From positions 75,710 to 139,709 of IMG/VR virus record IMGVR_UViG_3300037455_000372: DNA of 64,000 bases. One strand, 5' to 3'. Below the pieces are notes generated by a model that was not told where the DNA came from, ran no database searches, and saw nothing but the letters and a program-made list of their open reading frames with translations. A program made the translations under genes and the position numbers. This DNA comes from a virus. Lineage: Duplodnaviria > Heunggongvirae > Uroviricota > Caudoviricetes. Within the stretch, counting starts at the first letter, position 1. Each line of letters opens with the position of its first letter. Positions 1-8,010 of the stretch are shown one piece after another.

Positions 1-878
1 CGACGCTTTTCCATAGCCTTGCGGAGAGCGTCACGCTTGAGGCGGCTCAGAAGGTCTGATGACTTGCCAACGGTTTTTCCGGCCGGAGCACCGAGCAAAC
101 TCTTCATAGCCTGTTCATTGGCGTCACCCTGACCATAACCCTTCATAGCGTTCGCGTCAAATGCTTCAACGCCGGAGTCGATAGCACTGACAAGATCATC
201 GATTGCACGAGATACGCTAGAGTCGTCATTCTTGAACTTGCGTTCCTTGTAAATCTCCAGAAGTCGCTTCAGCTTCTGAATATTGACTTCGGAGGCGGTG
301 GTGTCATCTGAACCAGTCAGACGTTTTGCGATATCGTCACCAGTAGTCGAACGAAGGTTGTTAGACATATTCTCGATGTAGCTGTCTACATACTGGTTAG
401 CCTTATCCGCATTTCCGAGATATTCAGACACATCCATCGTCTGGTCGTGTCCGTAAATATTCGCAATAGTGCCAACAAGCTCTTCAATGAGTCGGTCAGT
501 TTGCTCTGCGTTTTCAGCAGCTTCGGCATCTTCACCGGCTTGGTTAGCGAACGCATCTTGGTCGGGGATCGCGGTAGAGGGGTCGTCGATGCTGGAGGTA
601 ATGTCATCTTCGGACTGGCTCACGCCGCTATAATTCGATTTACTCAATATAGTATCGAGATCTTCCACGCCATCATCTTCGCTTTCTTCACCGAAAATGG
701 ATTTATCCGTAGTGCTGGTGGCCGTCTTAGGCTGTTCGATGGCCTTGGACACACCGCCAAGCTTGATGCCTTCGAACATAGAGTCGATGCCACAGATGCT
801 GGCAAGCTTGGTCACGCATTCGACCTGAGCTTTAGTAAGACCGAGTTCCGGTCGGGTGAGATATTCGGATGCCTTCAT
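1..878 (-). CDS. Hypothetical acidic protein, runs off the left edge; candidate internal head protein
   Basis: Not in the ORF track. Hand translation from ATG 878 gives MKASEYLTRPELGLTKAQVECVTKLASICGIDSMFEG..., open to base 1. Late motif at 910-917. Confidence 0.8.
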   Translation of the reverse strand, partial: MKASEYLTRPELGLTKAQVECVTKLASICGIDSMFEGIKLGGVSKAIEQPKTATSTTDKSIFGEESEDDGVEDLDTILSKSNYSGVSQSEDDITSSIDDPSTAIPDQDAFANQAGEDAEAAENAEQTDRLIEELVGTIANIYGHDQTMDVSEYLGNADKANQYVDSYIENMSNNLRSTTGDDIAKRLTGSDDTTASEVNIQKLKRLLEIYKERKFKNDDSSVSRAIDDLVSAIDSGVEAFDANAMKGYGQGDANEQAMKSLLGAPAGKTVGKSSDLLSRLKRDALRKAMEKR

Positions 879-909
879 AATAAAAAACCTGTAGGTGTTG
901 TTTCCCACA

Positions 910-917
910 AGTTTATA
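910..917 (-). promoter_or_regulatory. Putative late promoter TATAAACT
   Basis: Recurrent motif, 32 nt upstream of ATG 878. Confidence 0.6.
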
Positions 918-938
918 TAGTTTCGCATTTTATTGGGG

Positions 939-1472
939 CTACTGCGCTGGCGCAGCGGCTGCGGAACCGCCGTTACCGCCACCATATCCGGCGTCAACGC
1001 CATTGATGGTAGCCGCTCCGGGACCAGCAAATGTAGCCTTGGTGCTGAATCCGGAAACCGGCTCGCTTCGGAGAGACGCAACCGACATCTCCACGGGCTT
1101 GGGTAGGTGGTCCTGCGCTTGCTTGATAAGGTTCTTGACCTTGGAAGTGGAGTTAAGCTTAACCGTCTTGGGAGTATTGTCGTTCTTGAACGCCTCGTTA
1201 GTATCTTCGAGAGGATCACGTGAGCATCGACCGCCGCACGGCTGGTACTCGTAAGGCTTCTGCACGTCGGCTTGAGACGTAGAGCTTGCGGTCGGCTGCA
1301 GCTTCATAATGTTCTTGTAGTTCGGGAACGGCGTGACTGCATTCTGGGCAGCCGGGACGGTCAGGTGTTTGGAATAGTCGGCCTCGCACAGCGACTTGTA
1401 TAAGTCGAAAGCGGACTTGGCGACTGGGCTGTCCTTTAGGCTTTCAAGAAGCTGTACGAACTGGTTAGACAT
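939..1472 (-). CDS. Hypothetical protein with shared N-terminal leader (candidate head cargo)
   Basis: 177 aa; N-terminus QFVQLLESL...YKSLCEA; TAATG overlap with upstream gene. Confidence 0.75.
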   Translation of the reverse strand: MSNQFVQLLESLKDSPVAKSAFDLYKSLCEADYSKHLTVPAAQNAVTPFPNYKNIMKLQPTASSTSQADVQKPYEYQPCGGRCSRDPLEDTNEAFKNDNTPKTVKLNSTSKVKNLIKQAQDHLPKPVEMSVASLRSEPVSGFSTKATFAGPGAATINGVDAGYGGGNGGSAAAAPAQ

Positions 1473-1804
1473 TACACACCTTCTTGCTGCTTATTCTGTT
1501 CTTCTTCCTGTTCAGCTTGGGCTGCAGCGGCATTAGCCTTGGCTGCGGTCTCGGCATTGACTGCCTTTAGGGTTTCGTCGGCGGTATCGGCAGCCTTCTT
1601 GGCCTCGGCCACCTTGGTCACGTCGCCTTGTAGTTCGGCTACCTGTTCCTCGGAAAGCTTGGATAGGTCGACTTGGTTCAGCGTAGCGTCATTGGGGTCG
1701 ACAGTCGCCTCATAAAGCGACTTCACCGCGATAGCGACATTAGGAAGGTTCTTGACTGCGCAAATACGGTCAACGGACTCGAAAAATTTTTCTTTATTTG
1801 TCAT
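1472..1804 (-). CDS. Hypothetical Ala/Glu-rich protein with shared leader
   Basis: 110 aa; KFFESVDRIC...VKSLYEA; late-type GATAAACT at 1833-1840. Confidence 0.75.
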   Translation of the reverse strand: MTNKEKFFESVDRICAVKNLPNVAIAVKSLYEATVDPNDATLNQVDLSKLSEEQVAELQGDVTKVAEAKKAADTADETLKAVNAETAAKANAAAAQAEQEEEQNKQQEGV

Positions 1805-1835
1805 TGATAAACCGGATATTCAGCTATATCCTAGT

Positions 1836-2867
1836 TTATCTAATCGCCAGAATTGCTATTGCAAATACAAGGACAAATAGTCCCAAACCAGCAAAGCACA
1901 AACGCATCTTTCGTAGCTCGGCTTTTAAAGATTCCACGGTTTCGTCAGTTTCCCTTTTCAAGGCAGTGAACTGGTTTACCACTCCGTTATATTCGCCTTC
2001 TAGGGTAGTGACTCTTACTGGGATCATATCCTTGTAAACCGGAGTCGTATACTTCTCGGCGGCTTTCTCGTTATCGTAGTCCGACTTAAACTGGTTATAC
2101 GCATCCGCTACTTCCCTAGTATTCTGGATGCAAGTACGGACTTGGGATGCAGTCATTTCAACCGCTCGCCATAGCTTACCGATTTCCTTGCCCACCTCGT
2201 CGTCCATAGTGGGTTCGTCGTTGCCGTCGTCATACGAATCGACACGGTCGAAACTAGGCTCCTCGCCAGACATTTCATCGTCGTAGGCTTTAGCGAAATC
2301 ACCAGCGAAACGGTCTACTATAGACTGTTCCTCCTCGGTCAGTTCCGTACCGCTCTCGATTCCGTCGATGATTGTCGATATCTTCAAGTCGCTCGACTCG
2401 GCGATGCTTGGCTTGAAATAGTGAACCGTGTACAGGTCGTCACCGTCGGAACCGTCGCGTGCGAACCCGTCGTAGAATTCCTCCGGAATATGCGTGTTGA
2501 GTGGAGCAATGATGGTCAGGTTATAATCGATTCCCATACTCTCCAAGGTTTCAGTAACCGTGGGGGACCCGATAATGGTAATGTCACCTACATTGTACTC
2601 TTCGCTTTTCTGCTGGAAGCCGACAGTCAATCGTGCCGCGCCTCGCTCGGACGTTGCAACTAGGACTCGTGATGTAAACAGGCCGAACTGCATCGGAGGC
2701 ATACCGCCGTACATTTTCGGCAGAATCGTCTGCGGTATCATCACTAGACGATGGTCGAATACCTTGTGAAGACCTTCGCACTCGAACACCTTGGTCGGAA
2801 GCGCGAACATATTCCTACGGATAAGATGTCCGTCGGCGTTGATGGTCATAAGCACATTGATATTCAT
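1836..2867 (-). CDS. Hypothetical protein with acidic middle, coiled coil and C-terminal membrane anchor
   Basis: 343 aa ending in hydrophobic LCFAGLGLFVLVFAIAILAIR; ATGA overlap with upstream ORF. Confidence 0.7.
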   Translation of the reverse strand: MNINVLMTINADGHLIRRNMFALPTKVFECEGLHKVFDHRLVMIPQTILPKMYGGMPPMQFGLFTSRVLVATSERGAARLTVGFQQKSEEYNVGDITIIGSPTVTETLESMGIDYNLTIIAPLNTHIPEEFYDGFARDGSDGDDLYTVHYFKPSIAESSDLKISTIIDGIESGTELTEEEQSIVDRFAGDFAKAYDDEMSGEEPSFDRVDSYDDGNDEPTMDDEVGKEIGKLWRAVEMTASQVRTCIQNTREVADAYNQFKSDYDNEKAAEKYTTPVYKDMIPVRVTTLEGEYNGVVNQFTALKRETDETVESLKAELRKMRLCFAGLGLFVLVFAIAILAIR

Positions 2868-3319
2868 TTCTTAACCTCAAACGTAACGTAGGATAGTTTG
2901 TACTTGCGTACGATGTGGTTCTCGTCCGGAGTACCGACACCAACCGGGTAGAACTCGATCTTGTCCAGACCGTGGGTATTGATAGTATCTTGTAGAAGCT
3001 TGCCGTACTTGTTCGCCTTGAGCTTGAACGAAATGATGAACTTTCCGTCCTCTATTCGTGCGCCTACCGATTCGGCCATAGCGTGTTCCGTCCACGCCTC
3101 GAACGGCATCTTCTTTTTCAGTCGGCGTTCCACCGGAGACACTTCCTCGATGTCGTACTTGGCCTTCCCGGTCATAATCTCAAGCAGAATCTCCTCCGCA
3201 AGAGACTGCGGATAGATATTACCGCCGGACTTGGTGGACTCGTCGACCTTTGTCGGCTTGTCCAGAATCATCACCACGGCATCGACGATTGTCGGCTCAC
3301 TTCTTTTCTTCTCCGCCAT
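2864..3319 (-). CDS. Prohead-protease (gp21)-like paralogue lacking catalytic residues
   Basis: Aligns by eye with 52514..53284: GNIYP/NRSYP, NKYGKLL/TPAGKTL, FYPVGVG/FSLRGAG. Confidence 0.55.
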   Translation of the reverse strand: MAEKKRSEPTIVDAVVMILDKPTKVDESTKSGGNIYPQSLAEEILLEIMTGKAKYDIEEVSPVERRLKKKMPFEAWTEHAMAESVGARIEDGKFIISFKLKANKYGKLLQDTINTHGLDKIEFYPVGVGTPDENHIVRKYKLSYVTFEVKK

Positions 3320-3602
3320 CGGACACCCACTTGTCGATTAGGTTTTTCTTGCCAAGCGAACGAACCATATCTTCCATAAGACGCTTGCGGCCAGACCAAT
3401 ACTTGGCGATAGCCATAAGGAACAGTCGGACTTGCGGTCCGATGTTCTTGTCGTTCAGCACCTTCATAGCGTTGGCGTGCATTTCTTTGCAACCGTTCCA
3501 GTCGGCGAACAGTTTCTTCTCGTCGGCCATCATAGTGTCGTAGAGTTTCTTCTGCTCAGCCGTGAGCGAGCGGATAATGTCTTCCGGTTTGGGTTGGTTC
3601 AT
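3297..3602 (-). CDS. Hypothetical helical protein
   Basis: Start re-assigned to MNQPKPED (ATG 3602); packed between neighbouring genes. Confidence 0.65.
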   Translation of the reverse strand: MNQPKPEDIIRSLTAEQKKLYDTMMADEKKLFADWNGCKEMHANAMKVLNDKNIGPQVRLFLMAIAKYWSGRKRLMEDMVRSLGKKNLIDKWVSDGGEEKK

Positions 3603-3603
3603 C

Positions 3604-3711
3604 TTAGTCTCCAAAGATAAAGATCGCGGCAAGAATCTCCGCAATCAATTCGAGGAATTCGCCAAAGCAGCCGATACGGTCGGCTGTAGATTCATTGTCT
3701 TTCTTACGCAT
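3604..3711 (-). CDS. Small 35-aa hydrophobic peptide
   Basis: Hand-translated MRKKDNESTADRIGCFGEFLELIAEILAAIFIFGD; fills the gap and overlaps the nuclease stop by 8 nt. Confidence 0.55.
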   Translation of the reverse strand: MRKKDNESTADRIGCFGEFLELIAEILAAIFIFGD

Positions 3712-4591
3712 TATTGCCACCAAACTTGTTCAAGAGCTGAACGGCCTCGGTCTGAAGGTCCTTGCACTTGAAAACCTTGTACGCCGGTTGTTCTTCGCTA
3801 AACCAGCAAAGATAGCAATTACCGATAGGAATGCCAGTCATCTCTTGGAACATATGCTTGTAGCAAGACAGCTGGAGGGAATATTCGTCAAGCTTGCACT
3901 GCATCAAGTGGCTGCAAGGGTCTTCTAGGTGGTACTTGGACTCGGTATCGAACTTGGTATTGGTTTTCCAGTCCCAAATCTCGAACTGTCCGGACTTCAC
4001 GTTCCAAAATAGCTGGTCTACCATTCCGCATACCATATACTTCGGGCTACCGATAACCAGTTCGGACTTTATTGGAATCATCTTTCCACGGATGTCGGCA
4101 ATGAACTTGTCAACCAGCTCGGTACACTTGACATACTTGGGGAACACCGGGTCCTTGCCATCGAACAGCTTGTCGAAAATCTGCGGATCCACGCCAGCGA
4201 CAAACTGGGTGTCCTTGAACAAATCTTGGAACATTTCCTCACGGCTCATACGGCTGGACATTTCCAGCATCACGTCGTATAGGGGGTACTTGAGGAATTT
4301 CTGGGCGATGGCGTGCTCGATATAGTTATGGACGGCGGTTCCCTTAGCGGTAGAGACCACATTTCCCAGCTTCCACTGGCGTCGTAGCTGTTCTGGGGTT
4401 ATGTCTTGACCTTCGGACTGCATTCGCTTGGCAGTGGCCTCCGAACGAGCGATTTCGTCGAATGGAGGGTTGACGGAGCCGGTGACACGGGTCACCGAAA
4501 CGGTACGATGGCCGTCAAAGGTATAGCTGTGATATTCCGGGTTAAAGCGGATTACGTTGAAAACATCGAGTTTTTGAGCCAAATTGTGCAT
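3704..4591 (-). CDS. PD-(D/E)XK superfamily (RecB/Cas4-like) exonuclease
   Basis: SVTRV, KGTAVHNYIE, ELVIG..CGMVDQL, EIWDWKTN and YSLQLSCY motifs. Confidence 0.85.
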   Translation of the reverse strand: MHNLAQKLDVFNVIRFNPEYHSYTFDGHRTVSVTRVTGSVNPPFDEIARSEATAKRMQSEGQDITPEQLRRQWKLGNVVSTAKGTAVHNYIEHAIAQKFLKYPLYDVMLEMSSRMSREEMFQDLFKDTQFVAGVDPQIFDKLFDGKDPVFPKYVKCTELVDKFIADIRGKMIPIKSELVIGSPKYMVCGMVDQLFWNVKSGQFEIWDWKTNTKFDTESKYHLEDPCSHLMQCKLDEYSLQLSCYKHMFQEMTGIPIGNCYLCWFSEEQPAYKVFKCKDLQTEAVQLLNKFGGNNA

Positions 4592-4593
4592 AG

Positions 4594-4622
4594 TTGCAAT
4601 TAAAATTCCTTATTTCTAAAAT
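4594..4622 (+). promoter_or_regulatory. sigma70-like promoter TTGCAA-N17-TAAAAT
   Basis: Exact 17-nt spacing; upstream of the 4662 gene, which has a GAGGA Shine-Dalgarno. Confidence 0.65.
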
Positions 4623-4661
4623 TACATCATTCTAGTTCTAAATTCAACCAGAGAGGAAACT

Positions 4662-5105
4662 ATGATCGAATACGCAAAACTGACCAACCGGACCATTACG
4701 ATGGCCGAAAATATGGCTGCCGAACTAAAGGCAGTCCCCGGCGAACGCGGCTACAGCGCACGAATTAGCCGCATCCACAATATGCTCCACATCAACGTGG
4801 AGACCGTGGACGCCATCATCAACAAGAACATCGGCGAAAAGTGGAAGGCCATTCCGGGCTACGAAAGCTACAAGGTGAGCAACTACGGTCGCCTTATCGG
4901 CATCAACGGAACCCTCATCACTTCCTACATCAGCAAGTCCGGTATCGAGATTTTCGACCCGTACCTTTCTGACCGCTCCAAGCGTCGCCACTTGGCCGTG
5001 AAGTCCGCAATCGCTCGCGCCTTCCTCCGTCCCAAGAAGTTCCAGAAGGTCGTGTACAGCGGTTCCGACAAGATCAACACGATTCACCATCTCGCTGTTG
5101 CCTAG
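4662..5105 (+). CDS. NUMOD4-motif protein (degenerate homing-endonuclease-like)
   Basis: EKWKAIPGYESYKVSNYGRL is a NUMOD4 motif; no intact HNH motif follows. Confidence 0.7.
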   Translation: MIEYAKLTNRTITMAENMAAELKAVPGERGYSARISRIHNMLHINVETVDAIINKNIGEKWKAIPGYESYKVSNYGRLIGINGTLITSYISKSGIEIFDPYLSDRSKRRHLAVKSAIARAFLRPKKFQKVVYSGSDKINTIHHLAVA

Positions 5106-5126
5106 TCCGGTTCCCTAATACCATTA

Positions 5127-5157
5127 AAGAAGTCCGCCGTATGGCGGACTTTTTCTT
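5127..5157. terminator. Bidirectional intrinsic terminator
   Basis: AAGTCCGCC-GTAT-GGCGGACTT with A/T flanks between convergent genes. Confidence 0.8.
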
Positions 5158-5893
5158 ATGCGTCGGAAGGAATCACGTTCGGAATCTCTTGCTGCAGTTC
5201 CGGAATAACCGTGAACAGCTTCCAGTGACCCGGCGAGAACTTGCGCTTTGCCGCCGTAAGAGCGGTCTGCTGGTCGGTATATTTGCCAGAATCGAATTCG
5301 GGCAGCCATTCGCCGGACGCGCCAGTAACCTTGACCTCACCGGTAGCCTTGTCCTTTTCCCTTCTCAGGTACTTACGGTGCCACACCTCGCCTTGAACCT
5401 TGATATAGGCATTCGGGAACATTTCCTTGACCTGTTCATACGGAAGTCTGGCAATCGCAGCCGCGTTGCGTTTGGCCATCGTCTCGTTGTTCTTCTCGAA
5501 CTGTTCGGTCATACGCTGGGCAATCATTTCATCACGGTTCTTGACCGCGTCGAAACCGGCCATATTGCCTTTCGCATCACGGAACTCAGGATGTTCGGCA
5601 TCGACTTCTTGGGCGATCTGGTCACGGGTCTTCTGACCGATTACCTTGGTGCGACGTTCGGGTGCCAATACGGTAGGAGCCTTGGCAGCTCGGACGGTTC
5701 CGTCCGGCGATTTTACGGTGATGTTGCCACGGAGCTGGTTAATCACACGGCTACGAGCGGCATCTTCATAGGGGTCGTAGGACTCGCAGAAGGCTGCAAA
5801 TCCTTTCTGCAGAGCCTCCGTAGCTTCGGTACAGCCACACTTCTGGCAAACACTTTCAATAAACGCGGAAAACTGTTTCTGATTCTCGGTCAT
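5156..5893 (-). CDS. Hypothetical late protein with shared leader
   Basis: 245 aa; FSAFIESVCQKCGC...LQKGFAAFCES; late motif at 5919-5926. Confidence 0.8.
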   Translation of the reverse strand: MTENQKQFSAFIESVCQKCGCTEATEALQKGFAAFCESYDPYEDAARSRVINQLRGNITVKSPDGTVRAAKAPTVLAPERRTKVIGQKTRDQIAQEVDAEHPEFRDAKGNMAGFDAVKNRDEMIAQRMTEQFEKNNETMAKRNAAAIARLPYEQVKEMFPNAYIKVQGEVWHRKYLRREKDKATGEVKVTGASGEWLPEFDSGKYTDQQTALTAAKRKFSPGHWKLFTVIPELQQEIPNVIPSDA

Positions 5894-5918
5894 AGGAAAC
5901 CCATCTTAGTTTCCTATC

Positions 5919-5926
5919 AGTTTATA
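5919..5926 (-). promoter_or_regulatory. Putative late promoter TATAAACT abutting an RBS-sequestering hairpin
   Basis: Motif followed by inverted repeat ATAGGAAAC-N8-GTTTCCTAT (5892-5917). Confidence 0.6.
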
Positions 5927-5928
5927 AG

Positions 5929-5954
5929 AACAGTCCTCCATCTGGAGGACTGTT
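5929..5954. terminator. Hairpin, probable terminator after the ASCH gene
   Basis: AACAGTCCTCC-ATCT-GGAGGACTGTT; weak U-tract. Confidence 0.55.
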
Positions 5955-5974
5955 TCAAGCTAAAACTTGGCCGA

Positions 5975-6373
5975 TTATTCAACGTCCCAAGTAATCACGA
6001 AGTATTTCTTACCGGGTTCGGCACCCCATTCCGGCTTGCCTTCATCGATTCGAATCTTCGGGTTATTAAACACCAAGCGGCGAGACGATTCAGCCTTGCT
6101 AGGATAGCCGCAAGTCAATTCGAGCTTCTTGAACTCCTTCTTGAATGCAATCCAGCAGCCAAGGTCGACCGCGTTCTGGAAAGCCAAATCACGGTCATCG
6201 GGGCCGCCGTGGTTGCGGAAGGACTTCATCATCTCGTCCATCTTGAGGAAACGAGAGATGTAGGTCGGCTTGATTTCGCGGTACTCCTCGGTCTTAACTC
6301 CAGACTTGATCATATCGAACCAAGGCTTGTTCAAGGCGAGGTAAAGGGTATCACTAGGCTTTTTCTTCGGCAT
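5975..6373 (-). CDS. ASCH/PUA-like domain protein
   Basis: LYLALNKPWFDMIKSGVKTEEYRE signature; start re-assigned to MPKKKPS. Confidence 0.8.
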   Translation of the reverse strand: MPKKKPSDTLYLALNKPWFDMIKSGVKTEEYREIKPTYISRFLKMDEMMKSFRNHGGPDDRDLAFQNAVDLGCWIAFKKEFKKLELTCGYPSKAESSRRLVFNNPKIRIDEGKPEWGAEPGKKYFVITWDVE

Positions 6374-6851
6374 TTGCTTCCTCGAAAATAAGGTGCCATT
6401 CAAGAAGGTGAATGAAGGTGTCGGCGAAATAATGAGTCTCGGTCTCGTGCGGACGCTCAAGCTTCAAGTCGTCGATAATCTTGTCCTTGTTTTCATCGAT
6501 GAACTTGTCGATGACATCCTCGACATTCATACAGATTGCCGCGTCGATGATGTTGTCGTCGCTCACGTTGAACTTGACCGTCTTGCCTTCTTGGTCAATC
6601 GTCTTGAACATTTCAGGATACTTTGTACGAACCTTCGGTCGCCACATCTGGGCGGCAATCTTCGGAGACTCATATTTTGCAGCGGCACCGGTCTGCGCGG
6701 CGATGGCGTAATCGGTCACGAACGGTTCGAGTTCCATAGGTATGGAAACTTCGAACGGGTATTCGTGCTTCTGCTGCGGGAGCATCTTGGGCATATCCAT
6801 CACGCGATCCTTCATCATAAACTGGATGCCCAACGAAAGTGTCAATTTCAT
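6354..6851 (-). CDS. Hypothetical protein
   Basis: 165 aa; ATGA overlap with the M48 gene stop; start uncertain. Confidence 0.65.
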   Translation of the reverse strand: MKLTLSLGIQFMMKDRVMDMPKMLPQQKHEYPFEVSIPMELEPFVTDYAIAAQTGAAAKYESPKIAAQMWRPKVRTKYPEMFKTIDQEGKTVKFNVSDDNIIDAAICMNVEDVIDKFIDENKDKIIDDLKLERPHETETHYFADTFIHLLEWHLIFEEANAEEKA

Positions 6852-7657
6852 TTCTTAACCTTAACCTTGAGAATTTCTTCCATAATGGCGATAAGCTGCT
6901 TCTCGCCCATTGTCTGGCTGCCGAACAGACCTTCGAAACTCTTCATCATATAGGTTATACGTTCCTTGGAGGCCGGATGCGTATGCTGACCATCGCCGTT
7001 ACCGAAACAGAGGAGCGAAAGCTCGCTCAATACCGTGGCGACAGCGGCGGACTGCACGTTAGACCCAGACTGGAGGACTGAACAAGCGAACAGGTCGGCT
7101 TGACGCTCGATATTGCGGTTTGCGGACATAATCGTACCGTCGTAGCCGCTGTCATCGACGTGACCAAGGCAGACGTGACCAAGCTCGTGGGCGAGCACGG
7201 AACGTGCGATTTCAAGCGTGCTGGAACGCCACTGCTCCAACTTGCCTTGGTTGAAGGAGTCGATGACCTTCTTCGGGTTACTGACACCGCAACCGTTAAT
7301 CATATCCTCGTAGATAGTTTCCGGAATCTCTCCGTCGAAATCGTTCTGGAGATAGTTCGAAGCCCAGTGTACCATCTTCAGCGTGTCGCTGAACTTCTGG
7401 CCATTATCGGCAAGCACCCAGATAAGTCCGAAAAGCCCGTTCCACATAAGGATGCCACGGAGAAGCGTAACCGTGTAACGGTTGCCTTCCTTGTTGGCGT
7501 ACGCATTGATCGTCGGGTCGTCGGATTCGTACCTGAATTCGGTATTGTCCGCGCACTCACGGTAACGAGCGTTACCCTGCACAAACTTGGACATAATGCA
7601 GAGACGGAACACGGTGAAAAGGTCATCCGTATCAATAATCTTGTTGAAGTTAAGCAT
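6848..7657 (-). CDS. Zinc metallopeptidase, M48/HEXXH type
   Basis: VLAHELGH, ERQADLFA and THPASKER motifs. Confidence 0.8.
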   Translation of the reverse strand: MLNFNKIIDTDDLFTVFRLCIMSKFVQGNARYRECADNTEFRYESDDPTINAYANKEGNRYTVTLLRGILMWNGLFGLIWVLADNGQKFSDTLKMVHWASNYLQNDFDGEIPETIYEDMINGCGVSNPKKVIDSFNQGKLEQWRSSTLEIARSVLAHELGHVCLGHVDDSGYDGTIMSANRNIERQADLFACSVLQSGSNVQSAAVATVLSELSLLCFGNGDGQHTHPASKERITYMMKSFEGLFGSQTMGEKQLIAIMEEILKVKVKK

Positions 7658-7910
7658 CGAACACCTCGATATTGTTTTCGGTTAAAAAGGCAATAATGGC
7701 GTCGCGCAGTCCCACGACACCGTTCTGCTTGCGGTACTTACCCATCATACCGCGAAGTTCCGGGACGTTGGTAATCGATACCCAGCGTTTCCATTCCCTG
7801 TCGTCCATAGCACCACGGATGGTCAAATCCATACCGTAGCAGCCGGGAGCAAAGTCGGGAACCGAGACCGGGCCGTCCCTGAAGTCATCAAAAGTAAGTC
7901 TTTTTGGCAT
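7650..7910 (-). CDS. Hypothetical protein
   Basis: Start re-assigned to MPKRLTF (7910), downstream of a sigma70-like promoter. Confidence 0.6.
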   Translation of the reverse strand: MPKRLTFDDFRDGPVSVPDFAPGCYGMDLTIRGAMDDREWKRWVSITNVPELRGMMGKYRKQNGVVGLRDAIIAFLTENNIEVFDA

Positions 7911-7936
7911 ATTTTGGATATATCCTATTGTATAGA

Positions 7937-7965
7937 AATATAGCACATTGAAGTTTATCTTGCAA
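7937..7965 (-). promoter_or_regulatory. sigma70-like promoter TTGCAA-N17-TATATT with extended -10 (TGC)
   Basis: Exact spacing; divergent from the late motif at 7979. Confidence 0.65.
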
Positions 7966-7978
7966 CAACCCCAAATCG

Positions 7979-7986
7979 TATAAACT
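7979..7986 (+). promoter_or_regulatory. Putative late promoter TATAAACT
   Basis: 24 nt upstream of ATG 8011. Confidence 0.6.
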
Positions 7987-8010
7987 GCAGAATGGTAAAG
8001 AGAGGTTCCT

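Noticed and set aside
3704-4591. Nuclease as evidence for a CRISPR-Cas (Cas4) system
   Set aside because: No other cas genes or array, and no four-Cys Fe-S set; solitary PD-(D/E)XK nucleases are common in phages.
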